NCBI GenBank assembly: GCA_027030285.1
Contig: JALVFC010000169.1
Coordinates: forward strand, 1-33,854
Direction of reading: 5' to 3'
DNA from: Thiotrichaceae bacterium
GTDB taxonomy: Bacteria > Pseudomonadota > Gammaproteobacteria > Thiotrichales > Thiotrichaceae
DNA: 33,854 nt
The stretch's first letter is position 1, and every line of letters starts with the position of its first letter. This document shows positions 12,078 through 24,087 of the stretch, one piece after another. The translations under genes were made by a program, and so were the position numbers. Under the pieces are notes generated by a model. The model saw nothing but the letters and a program-made list of their open reading frames with translations. It ran no database searches and had not been told where the DNA came from.

Positions 12078-13484
12078 ATGATAAAAAAAGGTTTTGCCAC
12101 AGTGGCAATATTAACAGTAGCAGTTTCAGTAGCTATGCAGGCATATGCAGAAGGGGAAGAGGCTAGCCCCGTAGATGCAACCAATACATTACCTGATGCA
12201 AAACCAGGTGAGTGTTTCGCAAAAGTAATTGTTCCAGCAGAATATGAAACCAGTACAGAAGAAGTTGTTGTTCAGCCAGAGCAAGAGACGATTGAGATTA
12301 TCCCGGCTACTTTTGATACTGCAGAAGTTGAAGTTCAGGTAAAGCCTGAATATACCGTGTTGAAAGCGGTTCCTGCGAAATATCGTACGGAAGAAGAGAT
12401 TGTTGAAATTGAGCCTGCCAGAAATGAGTGGGTCACATCTTTAGGGAAAAGGGGCATTCCGGCAAGTCCGGCTCTGCTCGTTGCAGCAAAGACCAGCGGT
12501 ATAGAAATAGACAATGCACAGCCTGGTCAGTGTTATAAAGAATTTTATTCTCCTGCTAAATTTGAGGAGACTGACAAGCAAGTTGAAATCAAGGAAGCTT
12601 CTGAAAATATAGTGGTTAAGGAAGCTGAGTTTGAGCCCGCTGAAGAAACTGTCACAGTGCGAGAGGCTTACACTGTGAAAAAGCTGATCCCAGCTACTTA
12701 TGAAAAAGTTGAGGAAAAGGTCGAAATTGAGCCAGCCAAAGCTGTCTGGAAAAAGGGTTCCGGTCTGGTTGAGAGAATTGACAATACAACGGGCGAAATT
12801 ATGTGTTTGGTGCAAGTACCTGCTAAATACCAGACATTGTTAAAAACAGTTCTTAAAACTGAAGCCAAAATTGAAGATACTGAAGTACCCGCTAAAACTA
12901 AAGCTATCAAGATTTCCAAGCTGGTTAGTGATGCAACTTCAGAAAAAGTGCCAGTTGAAGCAGAATTTACTACTGTAAAAACACGTGCAAAAGTTGCGGA
13001 TGCTCAGTTTACATGGCGTCCTGCGGGTGAAAAAGGTGACGGTGCTCCTACGGGGCTACAGATTTGTTTAAAAGAAATACCTGCAAAACAAAAGAAGCTT
13101 AAAAAGCTGGTTCTTGATACACCCGCAACGGTGGAAGAAGAGAAAGTGCCAGCCGTCATGAAAACGGTCAAAGTTGAGAAAGTTGCTACTGCTGCTGAAG
13201 CTGTACGTACCAAAGTACCTGCTGTAACAAAGACAGTTGAGTTGCGCAAGAAGATCTCCAATGAAAGGCTGGAGTGGCGTCGCGTGCTTTGTCAGACGAA
13301 TATGACAAAAGAAATGAATATGATAATTCAACAAGCTCTAAAAGATGCTGGCTACTACAATGGTCCAGTTGATGGTAGTATCGGTCGTGGTACACTCAAT
13401 GCTGTAAATAAGTACCAAATTGATAAAGGGTTGCCTCGTGGTGGCTTGACTATCAAGGTGCTTAAAGATTTAGGTGTTATGTAA
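12078..13484 (+). CDS. Secreted modular E/K/V-rich protein with a C-terminal peptidoglycan-binding (PG_binding_1-like) domain
   Basis: Sec signal peptide MIKKGFATVAILTVAVSVAMQAYA-EG. Four degenerate modules, each with C-x6-8-PA(E/K)(Y/F/Q) and ending in a Trp. The C-terminus QQALKDAGYYNGPVDGSIGRGTLNAVNKYQIDKGLPRGGLTIKVLKDLG fits the PG-binding repeat. Confidence 0.75.
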   Translation: MIKKGFATVAILTVAVSVAMQAYAEGEEASPVDATNTLPDAKPGECFAKVIVPAEYETSTEEVVVQPEQETIEIIPATFDTAEVEVQVKPEYTVLKAVPAKYRTEEEIVEIEPARNEWVTSLGKRGIPASPALLVAAKTSGIEIDNAQPGQCYKEFYSPAKFEETDKQVEIKEASENIVVKEAEFEPAEETVTVREAYTVKKLIPATYEKVEEKVEIEPAKAVWKKGSGLVERIDNTTGEIMCLVQVPAKYQTLLKTVLKTEAKIEDTEVPAKTKAIKISKLVSDATSEKVPVEAEFTTVKTRAKVADAQFTWRPAGEKGDGAPTGLQICLKEIPAKQKKLKKLVLDTPATVEEEKVPAVMKTVKVEKVATAAEAVRTKVPAVTKTVELRKKISNERLEWRRVLCQTNMTKEMNMIIQQALKDAGYYNGPVDGSIGRGTLNAVNKYQIDKGLPRGGLTIKVLKDLGVM

Positions 13485-13500
13485 TGACCTGACAACAATA

Positions 13501-13538
13501 AGCCAAAAAAAGCCGCTACCAAGCGGCTTTTTTTGGCT
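13501..13538. terminator. Bidirectional rho-independent terminator shared by the convergent 12078-13484 gene and uvrD
   Basis: Perfect 17-bp inverted repeat agccaaaaaaagccgct / agcggctttttttggct with the 4-nt loop acca. There is an A-run on the left and a T-run on the right, so either strand has a U-tract. Confidence 0.85.
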
Positions 13539-13767
13539 TGCTCTTCGTGCAAGAAACAAATCTGAAATCCCCAGTTGGACAGGGTAGAGTGAGCGGCTGT
13601 GGTGGTGCAGGGCAAGGCGCAACTGCGTGGAATGGTCATTCCCTTTCAAGTAGTTACAACGCAGGCGTGCATCAATCACAGATTGTGCAATCTGCCTGTA
13701 GCGATCTCACCCACTGAGCAGGCGCTATTTTCCTGTAAAATCATAAGCATGATATTTTTCACAGCGG

Positions 13768-15954
13768 TCAAATAGCTGAAAGGTTGGCATAAGCCAGTAC
13801 CAGCCATTTGCTTCCTTCACTATCAAAGTTAACTTGCACTCTTGCTGAGCTTCCCGAGCCTTCAGTATCCAGAATGATGCCATCGCCAAACGTGGCATGA
13901 AAAACACGCTGCCCAATAGTAAACCCAGATTCGTTATGCAAGGACCTGTTTGTGTGTGCTGAGGAGTGTAGAGAAGATTTGGGATAGGTGTTCCAGGTTG
14001 AAACTGGCGGGCGAACTTCTTCTATCAATTCCTCCGGGATCTCATTGATGAATGTTGAGGGTACACCGTAAAGTGTATTACCGTAGAGCTGTCTTTGCTC
14101 AGCATAGCTTAAAGTCAGCTGTTTCCTCGCACGAGTAATCGCTACATAGCAAAGCCTGCGTTCCTCTTCCATTCTACCTTCTTCATTGACTGCATTTTGG
14201 TGTGGAAAAAGACCAACTTCCATACCAGTGATAAATACTTGCTGGAACTCAAGCCCTTTGGCAGAGTGCATGGTCATCATTTGCACACAATCTTCACCAG
14301 CATCTCCCTGGCTCTCACCTGCTTCCAGAGCTGCGTTGGATAGAAAGGCACTGAGAGTATCCAGGTTGGCGTGTTCTTCTTCAGGTTGGTAATTAAAGCC
14401 TTGTGCTGCTGAAATTAGTTCTTTTAGATTTTCTTCGCGATTTTTACCTTTTTCTTCACCTTCCTTTTTGATGAAATATTCTTTGAGTCTCGAAAGCTCT
14501 ATGACCTTTTTAACCTGTTCATGCAGCTCCAGATCCGTTGCAATTTCGGTCATATTCTCGATAAGTCGTATAAACCCATGAACCGCCGTGGCTGCACGTG
14601 ATGTAAGTGTTTTTGCCTGCACTAGTGCAACAGCAGATTGCCATAAACTCAAATTGTGTTCATTGGCATGGTCTCTTATTATGCTGACGGTTTTATCGCC
14701 GATGCCACGTGTGGGCTGGTTAATGACTCTCTCAAAAGAGGGGTCATCATCGCGGTTGCTCGTCAGGCGTAGATACGCAAGTGCATCTTTAATTTCTGCT
14801 CGTTCAAAAAAACGTTGTCCACCATAGACCCGATAGGGGATACCCTGTTCAATAAATGTGGATTCAAACACACGGGATTGCGCATTGGAACGATACAGAA
14901 TGGCAATATCTTCGCGTTTGCCGCCCTCTTCAACCCATTTGTAAATTTGCCCGGCAATATATTGTGCTTCATCAAGTTCATTATAGGCGGCAAACAGCTT
15001 GATTGGTTCGCCTTCATCACCCTCTGTCCAAAGGTTTTTACCCAGGCGGTTTTCATTGTACGTGATTAATTCATTCGCAGCCCGCAATATTGTGCCAGTA
15101 GAACGGTAGTTTTGCTCCAGGCGGATAATTTGTGCCTGTGAATAATCATTACTGAAGTTCTGTATATTCTCAATTTTTGCACCGCGCCAGCCATAGATAG
15201 ATTGATCATCGTCGCCTACTGCAAAGACCGGGTTCTTACCGCCTGAAAGGAGTTGCAGCCAGGCATATTGAAGTTCATTGGTATCCTGAAATTCATCCAC
15301 AAGGATATGGCGAAAGCGCTGCTGGTAATGCTGCTGTAATTCAGAGTTGTCGCGTATCAGTTCAAGCGAGCGCAAGAGTAATTCAGCAAAATCAACAACA
15401 CCAGACTGTTTGCATAGCTGTTCATAGGCACTATAAATACGAATCATCTGGTTGTAATTTATGTCGCCATTATCCTGCATATACTGTGGGCGCACACCTT
15501 CATCTTTCCTGGCATTAATGAACCATTGTGACTGTCTGGGAGGCCACAGCTTGTCATCAAGATCAAGTGAACGTTGGGCACGTTTAACAAGCCGTAGTTG
15601 GTCATCCGAATCAAGAATCTGAAAGTTCTGTGGAAGTCCTGCTTCTTGCCAATGGCGACGCAAAAGGCGATGCGCAAGCCCATGAAAAGTACCTACCCAC
15701 ATACCGCCAACAGGTGCACCTAAAAGGCTTTCGATACGTCCACGCATTTCACTGGCTGCCTTGTTGGTAAAAGTAACAGCGAGTATGCTGAAAGGAGCTA
15801 CTCTTTCTACCTCAATCAACCAGGCAATGCGGTGAACTAATACTCGGGTTTTACCGCTGCCAGCTCCAGCAAGTACCAGAACAGGCAAGGGGGGCATGGA
15901 GACTGCATCCCGCTGGGGCTTGTTCAGTTCATCAAGAATATACGAAACATCCAT
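13768..15954 (-). CDS. uvrD: DNA helicase II (UvrD/Rep superfamily 1 helicase)
   Basis: 728 aa. Walker A AGAGSGKT and motif II DEFQDTN are present, plus TMHSAKGLEF and VAITRAR motifs and a UvrD-like C-terminal tail. Confidence 0.9.
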   Translation of the reverse strand: MDVSYILDELNKPQRDAVSMPPLPVLVLAGAGSGKTRVLVHRIAWLIEVERVAPFSILAVTFTNKAASEMRGRIESLLGAPVGGMWVGTFHGLAHRLLRRHWQEAGLPQNFQILDSDDQLRLVKRAQRSLDLDDKLWPPRQSQWFINARKDEGVRPQYMQDNGDINYNQMIRIYSAYEQLCKQSGVVDFAELLLRSLELIRDNSELQQHYQQRFRHILVDEFQDTNELQYAWLQLLSGGKNPVFAVGDDDQSIYGWRGAKIENIQNFSNDYSQAQIIRLEQNYRSTGTILRAANELITYNENRLGKNLWTEGDEGEPIKLFAAYNELDEAQYIAGQIYKWVEEGGKREDIAILYRSNAQSRVFESTFIEQGIPYRVYGGQRFFERAEIKDALAYLRLTSNRDDDPSFERVINQPTRGIGDKTVSIIRDHANEHNLSLWQSAVALVQAKTLTSRAATAVHGFIRLIENMTEIATDLELHEQVKKVIELSRLKEYFIKKEGEEKGKNREENLKELISAAQGFNYQPEEEHANLDTLSAFLSNAALEAGESQGDAGEDCVQMMTMHSAKGLEFQQVFITGMEVGLFPHQNAVNEEGRMEEERRLCYVAITRARKQLTLSYAEQRQLYGNTLYGVPSTFINEIPEELIEEVRPPVSTWNTYPKSSLHSSAHTNRSLHNESGFTIGQRVFHATFGDGIILDTEGSGSSARVQVNFDSEGSKWLVLAYANLSAI

Positions 15955-16063
15955 ATTAATAGTCCGGTTGTGCTACGGTAGATTGATTGGTATAAGTTTC
16001 TGGACTGGAGCTAGAAAAATGTGCAATCATGTGCCGCATTGTAACAAACGGGCATACAAAATA

Positions 16064-16465
16064 ATGTATAAACTCATACTACTTGTCAGAGAATTGCGGC
16101 AGAAAGGAGCATTTAAAGTCAGCACTCGTCTCTTGTTGCTGTTTCTACTTGTGTTGGGTTTATGGGGGGCTACTACGCCATTGGATCACACGCCAATTTC
16201 TCGATTTAATGATAAGTTCATACATATGACGGTGTTTGCCGGTTTTGCATTCCTGATGGATCTGGCAACTGCACGGAAACCTTTCTGGTTGTGGAAAGGC
16301 TTACCACTGTTGATGTATGGTGTTGTTATTGAGGTCCTGCAGAACTTTACAGCTTACCGTAGCTTCGAGTTGGCCGACATTGCAGCTGACGCTTTTGGAA
16401 TAACCCTGTATTATATGTTGAAATTTTCATTGCGTTGGCTTGCTGTAGGTGAGCTTAAAACTTAG
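16064..16465 (+). CDS. VanZ-like family membrane protein
   Basis: The 133-aa version starts MYKLILL. It has 4 hydrophobic segments plus NDKFIHMTVFAGFAFL and EVLQNFTAYRSFELADIAADAFG, which fit the VanZ-like pattern. The ORF-track start (15896) overlaps the uvrD 5' end and is unlikely. Start codon uncertain (16019 or 16064). Confidence 0.55.
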   Translation: MYKLILLVRELRQKGAFKVSTRLLLLFLLVLGLWGATTPLDHTPISRFNDKFIHMTVFAGFAFLMDLATARKPFWLWKGLPLLMYGVVIEVLQNFTAYRSFELADIAADAFGITLYYMLKFSLRWLAVGELKT

Positions 16466-16689
16466 CCAGGGTAATTGTTTTAGATTTTACTAATATATGT
16501 GGCTACTTCTGCTTGTGGCAGGCATGCGAGAATGCTAGAATCCACAGCTCATTAAACGCTGAATAGCTGATAATATTTCAAACTTGCTGATGTCTGACTC
16601 AGAGTCTGGTTGGTACGAACCAGGAGCTAAGCTAAGCACAACGACGAAAAGTATAAACTGTACAAGAGAAGCACAGAAAAGCATCAATA

Positions 16690-17040
16690 ATGCGAAGTTT
16701 ACTGATCATACAGTTAGCACTGGTTCTGCTTGCAGCAGCTGGTTTTGTTTATTATATGGGGCAAACGACAGTATTTGCTTCTTTTTTCGGAGGAGCGGTA
16801 GCAATAGCCAATACATTATTGTTGTCCTGGCGTTTAGATAGTGCAGCTGAAATGGCGAATGATAATCCTGATGGCGGCGTACTGACACTGTACCTGGGGG
16901 TTGTACAAAGATTTATATTCGTACTGGTTATGTTCGGAATAGGTATGGGAGCGCTAAAGTTCAGCCCTCCTGCCATGTTGGGAACCTTTGCACTGGCACA
17001 ATTGGCTTACATGATATATGGGTCGAAGCGGGCAAAATAG
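16690..17040 (+). CDS. atpI: ATP synthase protein I
   Basis: 116 aa small hydrophobic protein immediately upstream of atpB, with AtpI-like topology and size. Confidence 0.75.
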   Translation: MRSLLIIQLALVLLAAAGFVYYMGQTTVFASFFGGAVAIANTLLLSWRLDSAAEMANDNPDGGVLTLYLGVVQRFIFVLVMFGIGMGALKFSPPAMLGTFALAQLAYMIYGSKRAK

Positions 17041-17368
17041 CCATAGGCGTTAATTTATCTTACGTGTGTCTCAATAAGAATAAGCAATTAAAGAGTCCAC
17101 AAATCCTGGCTACGAGATAGTCCAGCATTAAAGATCGTAATGCTAACTTAGAGAATTATAGCGATAAATCAGATTGTTGTATGACAGCTATCTGATTATT
17201 AGCAAAATGTAACTACTCAGCATAAGCGCGGAGTTTATTAAGTATAAATGAGCACTTTCAAAGCTGCCGCGTCCTGCTCTGGTATCTCACCTACATCTGT
17301 GTAGGCGATGCAGAAACCGGGCAACATGAGTGCAAGCTAGTAGTTCAGCAAAAGAATTTTAATTTTAG

Positions 17369-18226
<858 letters not shown>

Positions 18227-18322
18227 TAATTAGGGGATGGTTGCGTAATTAAGTATCGCAAATCCATGCTAGTCAAAAGTTTCATTTTTATTTTTTAATT
18301 TTATCTTTTTAGGAGATTAACT

Positions 18323-18607
18323 ATGGATGCTTCAATGGTATCTGAAATCATGTCATCAACTGCTATTGGCGTAGGCATTATTCTTGCTGCTGCCGGACTT
18401 GGCTCTGCTCTTGGCTGGGGCATGATCTGTTCGAAGTTTATCGAAGGTATTGCCCGTCAGCCCGAGATGCGTGCACAACTGACCGGTCAAATGCTGTTTA
18501 CGGGTGGTTTGATGGAAGCATTCCCAATGATCGTATTGGGTATTTCAATGTGGTTCATCTTTGCTAACCCGTTTATTGGTGCTGCCAAGTCTGCAATGGG
18601 TGGATAA
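18323..18607 (+). CDS. atpE: F0F1 ATP synthase subunit c
   Basis: 94 aa hairpin proteolipid with the ARQPE loop and a carboxylate in GGLMEAFPM. It has short N- and C-terminal extensions relative to the roughly 80-aa forms I remember. Confidence 0.9.
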   Translation: MDASMVSEIMSSTAIGVGIILAAAGLGSALGWGMICSKFIEGIARQPEMRAQLTGQMLFTGGLMEAFPMIVLGISMWFIFANPFIGAAKSAMGG

Positions 18608-18655
18608 TTGATTCCGACTATTATTCGTAGTGTGAAATAACATTCGGAGGAAATT

Positions 18656-19126
18656 ATGAATATCACCGCAACTTTATTCGGACAAGTGATCGTTTTCACG
18701 CTCCTGATATTGTTCATCAAGCGTTTCCTGTGGGAACCTATTCTGAATACCATGGAAGATCGCAAGGCACGTATTGCCGAAGGTCTTGCTGCATCAGAAA
18801 AAGGTGCTGAGGATGCGCGTCTGGCAGAAGAGCGAGCCGTTGAGATTTTACGTGATGCCAAGAATCAGGCAGCTGAAATAGTGGCACAGGGTAAAGCTCG
18901 CGAAGCTCAAATTGTTGAAGAAGCCAAAGACAAGGCGATTGAAGAAGCCAATCGCATTAAGGCGGCGACTGAAGCGGAACTAGAACAAGAAGTCATTCGT
19001 GCTAAAGATAGCCTGCGCACCCAGGTATCAGAATTAGCCGTTGCCGGAGCGAGTAAAATCCTCGGCAAGGAAATTGACGCCAAGACGCATAAAAGTGTCC
19101 TGGATGAACTTGTTGCAAAGATCTAG
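18656..19126 (+). CDS. atpF: F0F1 ATP synthase subunit b
   Basis: 156 aa with one N-terminal TM segment followed by a long charged A/E/K-rich helix. Confidence 0.9.
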   Translation: MNITATLFGQVIVFTLLILFIKRFLWEPILNTMEDRKARIAEGLAASEKGAEDARLAEERAVEILRDAKNQAAEIVAQGKAREAQIVEEAKDKAIEEANRIKAATEAELEQEVIRAKDSLRTQVSELAVAGASKILGKEIDAKTHKSVLDELVAKI

Positions 19127-19140
19127 AGGTTGTTGATTAG

Positions 19141-19677
19141 ATGTCAGAATTAACAACCACCGCCCGTCCCTATGCACGTGCTCTGTTTGAGCTGGCAAGC
19201 GATGCGAATGCGCTGACTGAATGGTCAGAGACACTCGCATTTCTAGGTGCGCTCGTTAGCAATGATGAGGTACGTGCGTTGCTCAATAACCCGGCTATGA
19301 CCAAGCAAACCGCAGCGGACGCTGTGATCAAGCTAAGTGATGGCAAGCTGGATGACAAGGCAGAAAACCTTGTAAAGCAACTGGCGGAATACGGTCGTTT
19401 GGAAGTCCTTCCTGAAATAAGTAGCTTGTTTGAAGCTATGAAAGACGAAGCGGAGAGTGTCGTTGAAGCAGTAGTGACATCAGCTCAGGAATTGAGTGAT
19501 GAAGAAAAAGATGCCATTGCAACAGCTTTGAAAAAACGCTTGGGTCGTGAAGTCAAAATCACCCCGGAGATTGATGAATCAATTTTGGGTGGTGCCATTA
19601 TTCGGGCAGGTGACTTGGTAATAGATGGTTCGATACAGGGCAGGTTGAAAAATATTCAGCATGCACTGGTCGGCTAA
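19141..19677 (+). CDS. atpH: F0F1 ATP synthase subunit delta
   Basis: 178 aa with an OSCP/delta-like N-terminus (ARPYARALFELA) and C-terminus (IDESILGGAIIRAGDLVIDGSIQGRL). Confidence 0.92.
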   Translation: MSELTTTARPYARALFELASDANALTEWSETLAFLGALVSNDEVRALLNNPAMTKQTAADAVIKLSDGKLDDKAENLVKQLAEYGRLEVLPEISSLFEAMKDEAESVVEAVVTSAQELSDEEKDAIATALKKRLGREVKITPEIDESILGGAIIRAGDLVIDGSIQGRLKNIQHALVG

Positions 19678-19690
19678 GAGGATTAATTAA

Positions 19691-21232
19691 ATGCAGTTAA
19701 ATCCAACTGAAATTAGTGAAATAATCAAGAAGCGAATTGAAAGCTTCGATGTAGAAGCAGAAGCACGTACTGAAGGTACGCTGGTTTCTGTGGGTGACGG
19801 TATTGTACGTATCCACGGTTTGGGCGATGTCATGTCAGGTGAGATGATCGAGTTCTCAAACGGGGCATTCGGACTGGCACTGAACCTTGAACGTGACTCT
19901 GTAGGTGCCGTTGTACTGGGCGATTACAAGAGCCTGAAAGAAGGTGATACTGCCAAGTGTACCGGACGTATTCTGGAAACACCTGTTGGACCTGGTTTGC
20001 TGGGACGTGTCGTTGATTCACTGGGTCAGCCTATTGATGGTAAAGGTCCCGTTGAGAATGACGGCTTTGCTCCACTTGAGCGTCAGGCACCGGGCGTTAT
20101 TGAACGCCAATCGGTGGATGAGCCTATGGAAACAGGTATCAAGGCACTGGACTCCATGGTTCCTGTAGGTCGCGGACAGCGGGAGTTGATCATTGGTGAC
20201 CGCCAGACTGGTAAGACCGCTGTTGGTATCGACGCGATCATTAACCAGAAAGGCAAAGACGTACAGTGTATTTATGTAGCTGTTGGTCAGAAAGCTTCTT
20301 CCGTGGCAGGCGTGGTACGCAAGCTGGAAGAACACGGCGCCATGGACTATACCATCGTGGTTGCCGCAAATGCATCAGATCCTGCTTCCATGCAGTTCCT
20401 GGCGCCTTATGCGGGTTGTGCCATGGGTGAGTACTTCCGTGATCGTGGTCAGGATGCCTTAATTATTTATGATGACCTGACCAAGCAAGCATGGGCCTAT
20501 CGTCAGGTGTCACTGTTACTGCGTCGTCCTCCTGGACGTGAAGCATATCCTGGTGATGTCTTCTTCCTGCACTCGCGTTTACTGGAGCGTGCTGCTCGTG
20601 TTAATGCTGATTTTGTTGAGAAAATGACTAACGGTGAAGTCAAGGGAAAAACAGGTTCCCTGACAGCCTATCCAATTATCGAGACTCAGGAAGGTGACGT
20701 ATCTGCCTTCGTACCTACCAACGTAATTTCGATTACAGACGGGCAGATATTCCTCGATACTGACCTGTTTAACTCAGGTACCCGACCAGCGATTGATGCA
20801 GGTCTGTCGGTATCTCGTGTGGGTGGTTCAGCACAAACCAAGATCATCAAGAAGCTCGGTGGTGGTATTCGTCTTGACCTGGCGCAATATCGTGAACTGG
20901 CAGCATTCTCGCAGTTTGCATCTGATCTGGATGAGGCAACTCGTGCTCAGTTAGAGCGTGGTGAGCGTGTTACACAGCTTATGAAACAGCCGCAGTATTC
21001 ACCTCTGAAAACAGCTGAACTGGCATTCTCATTGTTCTCGGCTAACGAAGGCTATCTGGATGATATCCCAGTCAACAAAATCAATGATTTTGAAGCTGCC
21101 ATGTTGAGCTATGTGCGCAGTGAAAAGGCTGACCTGCTGGATAGTATCAACGAGTCAGGTGACTATAACGATGATATCGCCAGTCAAATGCGTGCCGCTC
21201 TGGATGATTTCAAAGCGAATCATAGCTGGTAA
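19691..21232 (+). CDS. atpA: F0F1 ATP synthase subunit alpha
   Basis: 513 aa with Walker A GDRQTGKT and typical alpha-subunit sequence throughout. Confidence 0.97.
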   Translation: MQLNPTEISEIIKKRIESFDVEAEARTEGTLVSVGDGIVRIHGLGDVMSGEMIEFSNGAFGLALNLERDSVGAVVLGDYKSLKEGDTAKCTGRILETPVGPGLLGRVVDSLGQPIDGKGPVENDGFAPLERQAPGVIERQSVDEPMETGIKALDSMVPVGRGQRELIIGDRQTGKTAVGIDAIINQKGKDVQCIYVAVGQKASSVAGVVRKLEEHGAMDYTIVVAANASDPASMQFLAPYAGCAMGEYFRDRGQDALIIYDDLTKQAWAYRQVSLLLRRPPGREAYPGDVFFLHSRLLERAARVNADFVEKMTNGEVKGKTGSLTAYPIIETQEGDVSAFVPTNVISITDGQIFLDTDLFNSGTRPAIDAGLSVSRVGGSAQTKIIKKLGGGIRLDLAQYRELAAFSQFASDLDEATRAQLERGERVTQLMKQPQYSPLKTAELAFSLFSANEGYLDDIPVNKINDFEAAMLSYVRSEKADLLDSINESGDYNDDIASQMRAALDDFKANHSW

Positions 21233-21256
21233 CCGTTGACTTGAGAGGTAAGCCCC

Positions 21257-22114
21257 GTGGGTCTTAAAGAAATACGCACACAGATCAAGAGTATCCAAAG
21301 CACGAAAAAGATTACCAAAGCCATGGAAATGGTGGCGGCATCGAAAATGCGTCGCGCAGCGGAACGTATGCAGGCTTCCAGGCCTTACGCACAGAAAATG
21401 CGTGAGGTAGTCAGTCATATGGCAAAGGGACATCTGGAGTACAAACATCCCTATACGCTGGAGCGCGAAGACGTTAAACGTGTTGGCTATATCATTATTT
21501 CAACTGACCGTGGTTTATGTGGCGGTTTAAACACCAATCTGTTCAAAAAGGCCTTTCAGGAAATAGCTGACTGGAAAGAGCAGGGGGTGGAAGTGGATAT
21601 CGCCGTCTACGGTGGCAAAGCACTGAACGCATTCAAGCGTTATGGTGTAGTTGCCGAGGCGACAGGTTTGGGCGACCGACCTGAGCTGGCGGATATGATT
21701 GGCCCTATCAAGGTAATGCTGGATGCTTATGATGAAGGCAAAATTGACCGTCTGATTATGGTCGAGAACGAATTCATTAATAACATGACGCAGAAGCCAC
21801 GTTCGACGCAGCTTGTCCCTATCGTTTCAGAAGAGCTGGAAGAGCTGGATTATCACTGGGACTACCTTTATGAGCCAGACTCAAAGGAAGTCATTGATGC
21901 CCTTATGCAGCGCTACATTGAGTCCCTGATCTATCAGGGTGTTGTCGAAAACGTAGCCTGTGAAATGTCATCCCGCATGATTGCCATGAAAAGTGCTACT
22001 GACAATGCTGGCAGCATGATTGACAAGCTACAGCTGGTTTACAACAAGGCGCGTCAGGCAGCGATTACACAAGAGATATCCGAGATAGTGGCAGGCGCAG
22101 CAGCGGTTGAATAA
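21257..22114 (+). CDS. atpG: F0F1 ATP synthase subunit gamma
   Basis: 285 aa with a GTG start, [31 protein letters not shown] at the N-terminus, and C-terminal [17 protein letters not shown]. Confidence 0.95.
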   Translation: MGLKEIRTQIKSIQSTKKITKAMEMVAASKMRRAAERMQASRPYAQKMREVVSHMAKGHLEYKHPYTLEREDVKRVGYIIISTDRGLCGGLNTNLFKKAFQEIADWKEQGVEVDIAVYGGKALNAFKRYGVVAEATGLGDRPELADMIGPIKVMLDAYDEGKIDRLIMVENEFINNMTQKPRSTQLVPIVSEELEELDYHWDYLYEPDSKEVIDALMQRYIESLIYQGVVENVACEMSSRMIAMKSATDNAGSMIDKLQLVYNKARQAAITQEISEIVAGAAAVE

Positions 22115-23527
<1,413 letters not shown>

Positions 23528-23554
23528 AAACCCAGGTTAAACCAGGAGAAAAAA

Positions 23555-23983
23555 ATGGCTATGACAATGCATCTAAACGTAGTAAGTGCAGAAGAAGAAC
23601 TCTTCTCCGGAACGGTAGAAGAAGTCTTCGCACCGGGAACCATGGGTGATCTGGGTATCATCCCCCGGCACGCGCAACTCGTTACCACGTTAAAACCAGG
23701 CGAGCTACGCTACGTCGCAGACGGTCATATGGCAGCTCTGTTTGTATCAGGCGGCATTATGGAGGTACAGCCTCATGTCGTTACGGTGCTTGCAGATACC
23801 GCCATAAGAGCTGATGATCTGGATGAAAAAGCCGCTACAGAGGCAAAGGAAAGAGCAGAAGCAGCGCTGGAAGGAAAAGATCCTGAAGATCTTGACTACG
23901 AAGCGTTACAAGCTGAGCTTGAAGCAGCCAAGGCGCAGATCCAGATGATACACAACATAGGAAAGACACTGGGAAGACACTAA
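23555..23983 (+). CDS. atpC: F0F1 ATP synthase subunit epsilon
   Basis: 142 aa with an epsilon-like N-terminal beta domain (LNVVSAEEELFSG) and a helical A/E-rich C-terminus. Confidence 0.92.
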   Translation: MAMTMHLNVVSAEEELFSGTVEEVFAPGTMGDLGIIPRHAQLVTTLKPGELRYVADGHMAALFVSGGIMEVQPHVVTVLADTAIRADDLDEKAATEAKERAEAALEGKDPEDLDYEALQAELEAAKAQIQMIHNIGKTLGRH

Positions 23984-24012
23984 ACAAAGTTTATTTCTGA
24001 TGTTTTGTCTGA

Positions 24013-24041
24013 GGGCAGCCAATTGGCTGCCCTTTTGTTTT
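24013..24041 (+). terminator. Rho-independent terminator of the atp operon
   Basis: Stem gggcagcc / ggctgccc (8 bp) with loop aatt, followed by ttttgtttt. Confidence 0.85.
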
Positions 24042-24087
24042 ACAATGTATTACTGTTTAGCAGAGTGTTGATATACCAAGGTCGCCC

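Noticed and set aside
13355-13679. ORFs 13355-13639(-) and 13470-13679(-) spanning the PG-binding gene's 3' end and the spacer.
   Set aside because: They run straight through the 17-bp-stem terminator and overlap a better-supported gene. Composition is not protein-like.
13539-13767. Calling this spacer a 6S RNA (ssrS) gene outright.
   Set aside because: Only a short, loose resemblance to the E. coli 6S 3' segment is present. The closing stem and central bubble cannot be aligned, the strand is undetermined, and the usual genomic context is absent. Kept only as a low-interest candidate.
15896-16063. Long N-terminal extension of the VanZ-like ORF (track start 15896).
   Set aside because: It would overlap the first 59 nt of uvrD on the opposite strand and adds a non-hydrophobic, Cys/His/Arg-rich leader. 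Internal ATGs at 16019 and 16064 give the expected VanZ-like size.
16584-16841. 85-aa ORF overlapping the atpI start.
   Set aside because: It overlaps atpI out of frame, is Ser/Cys-rich and has no RBS. The atpI frame gives a typical hydrophobic AtpI.
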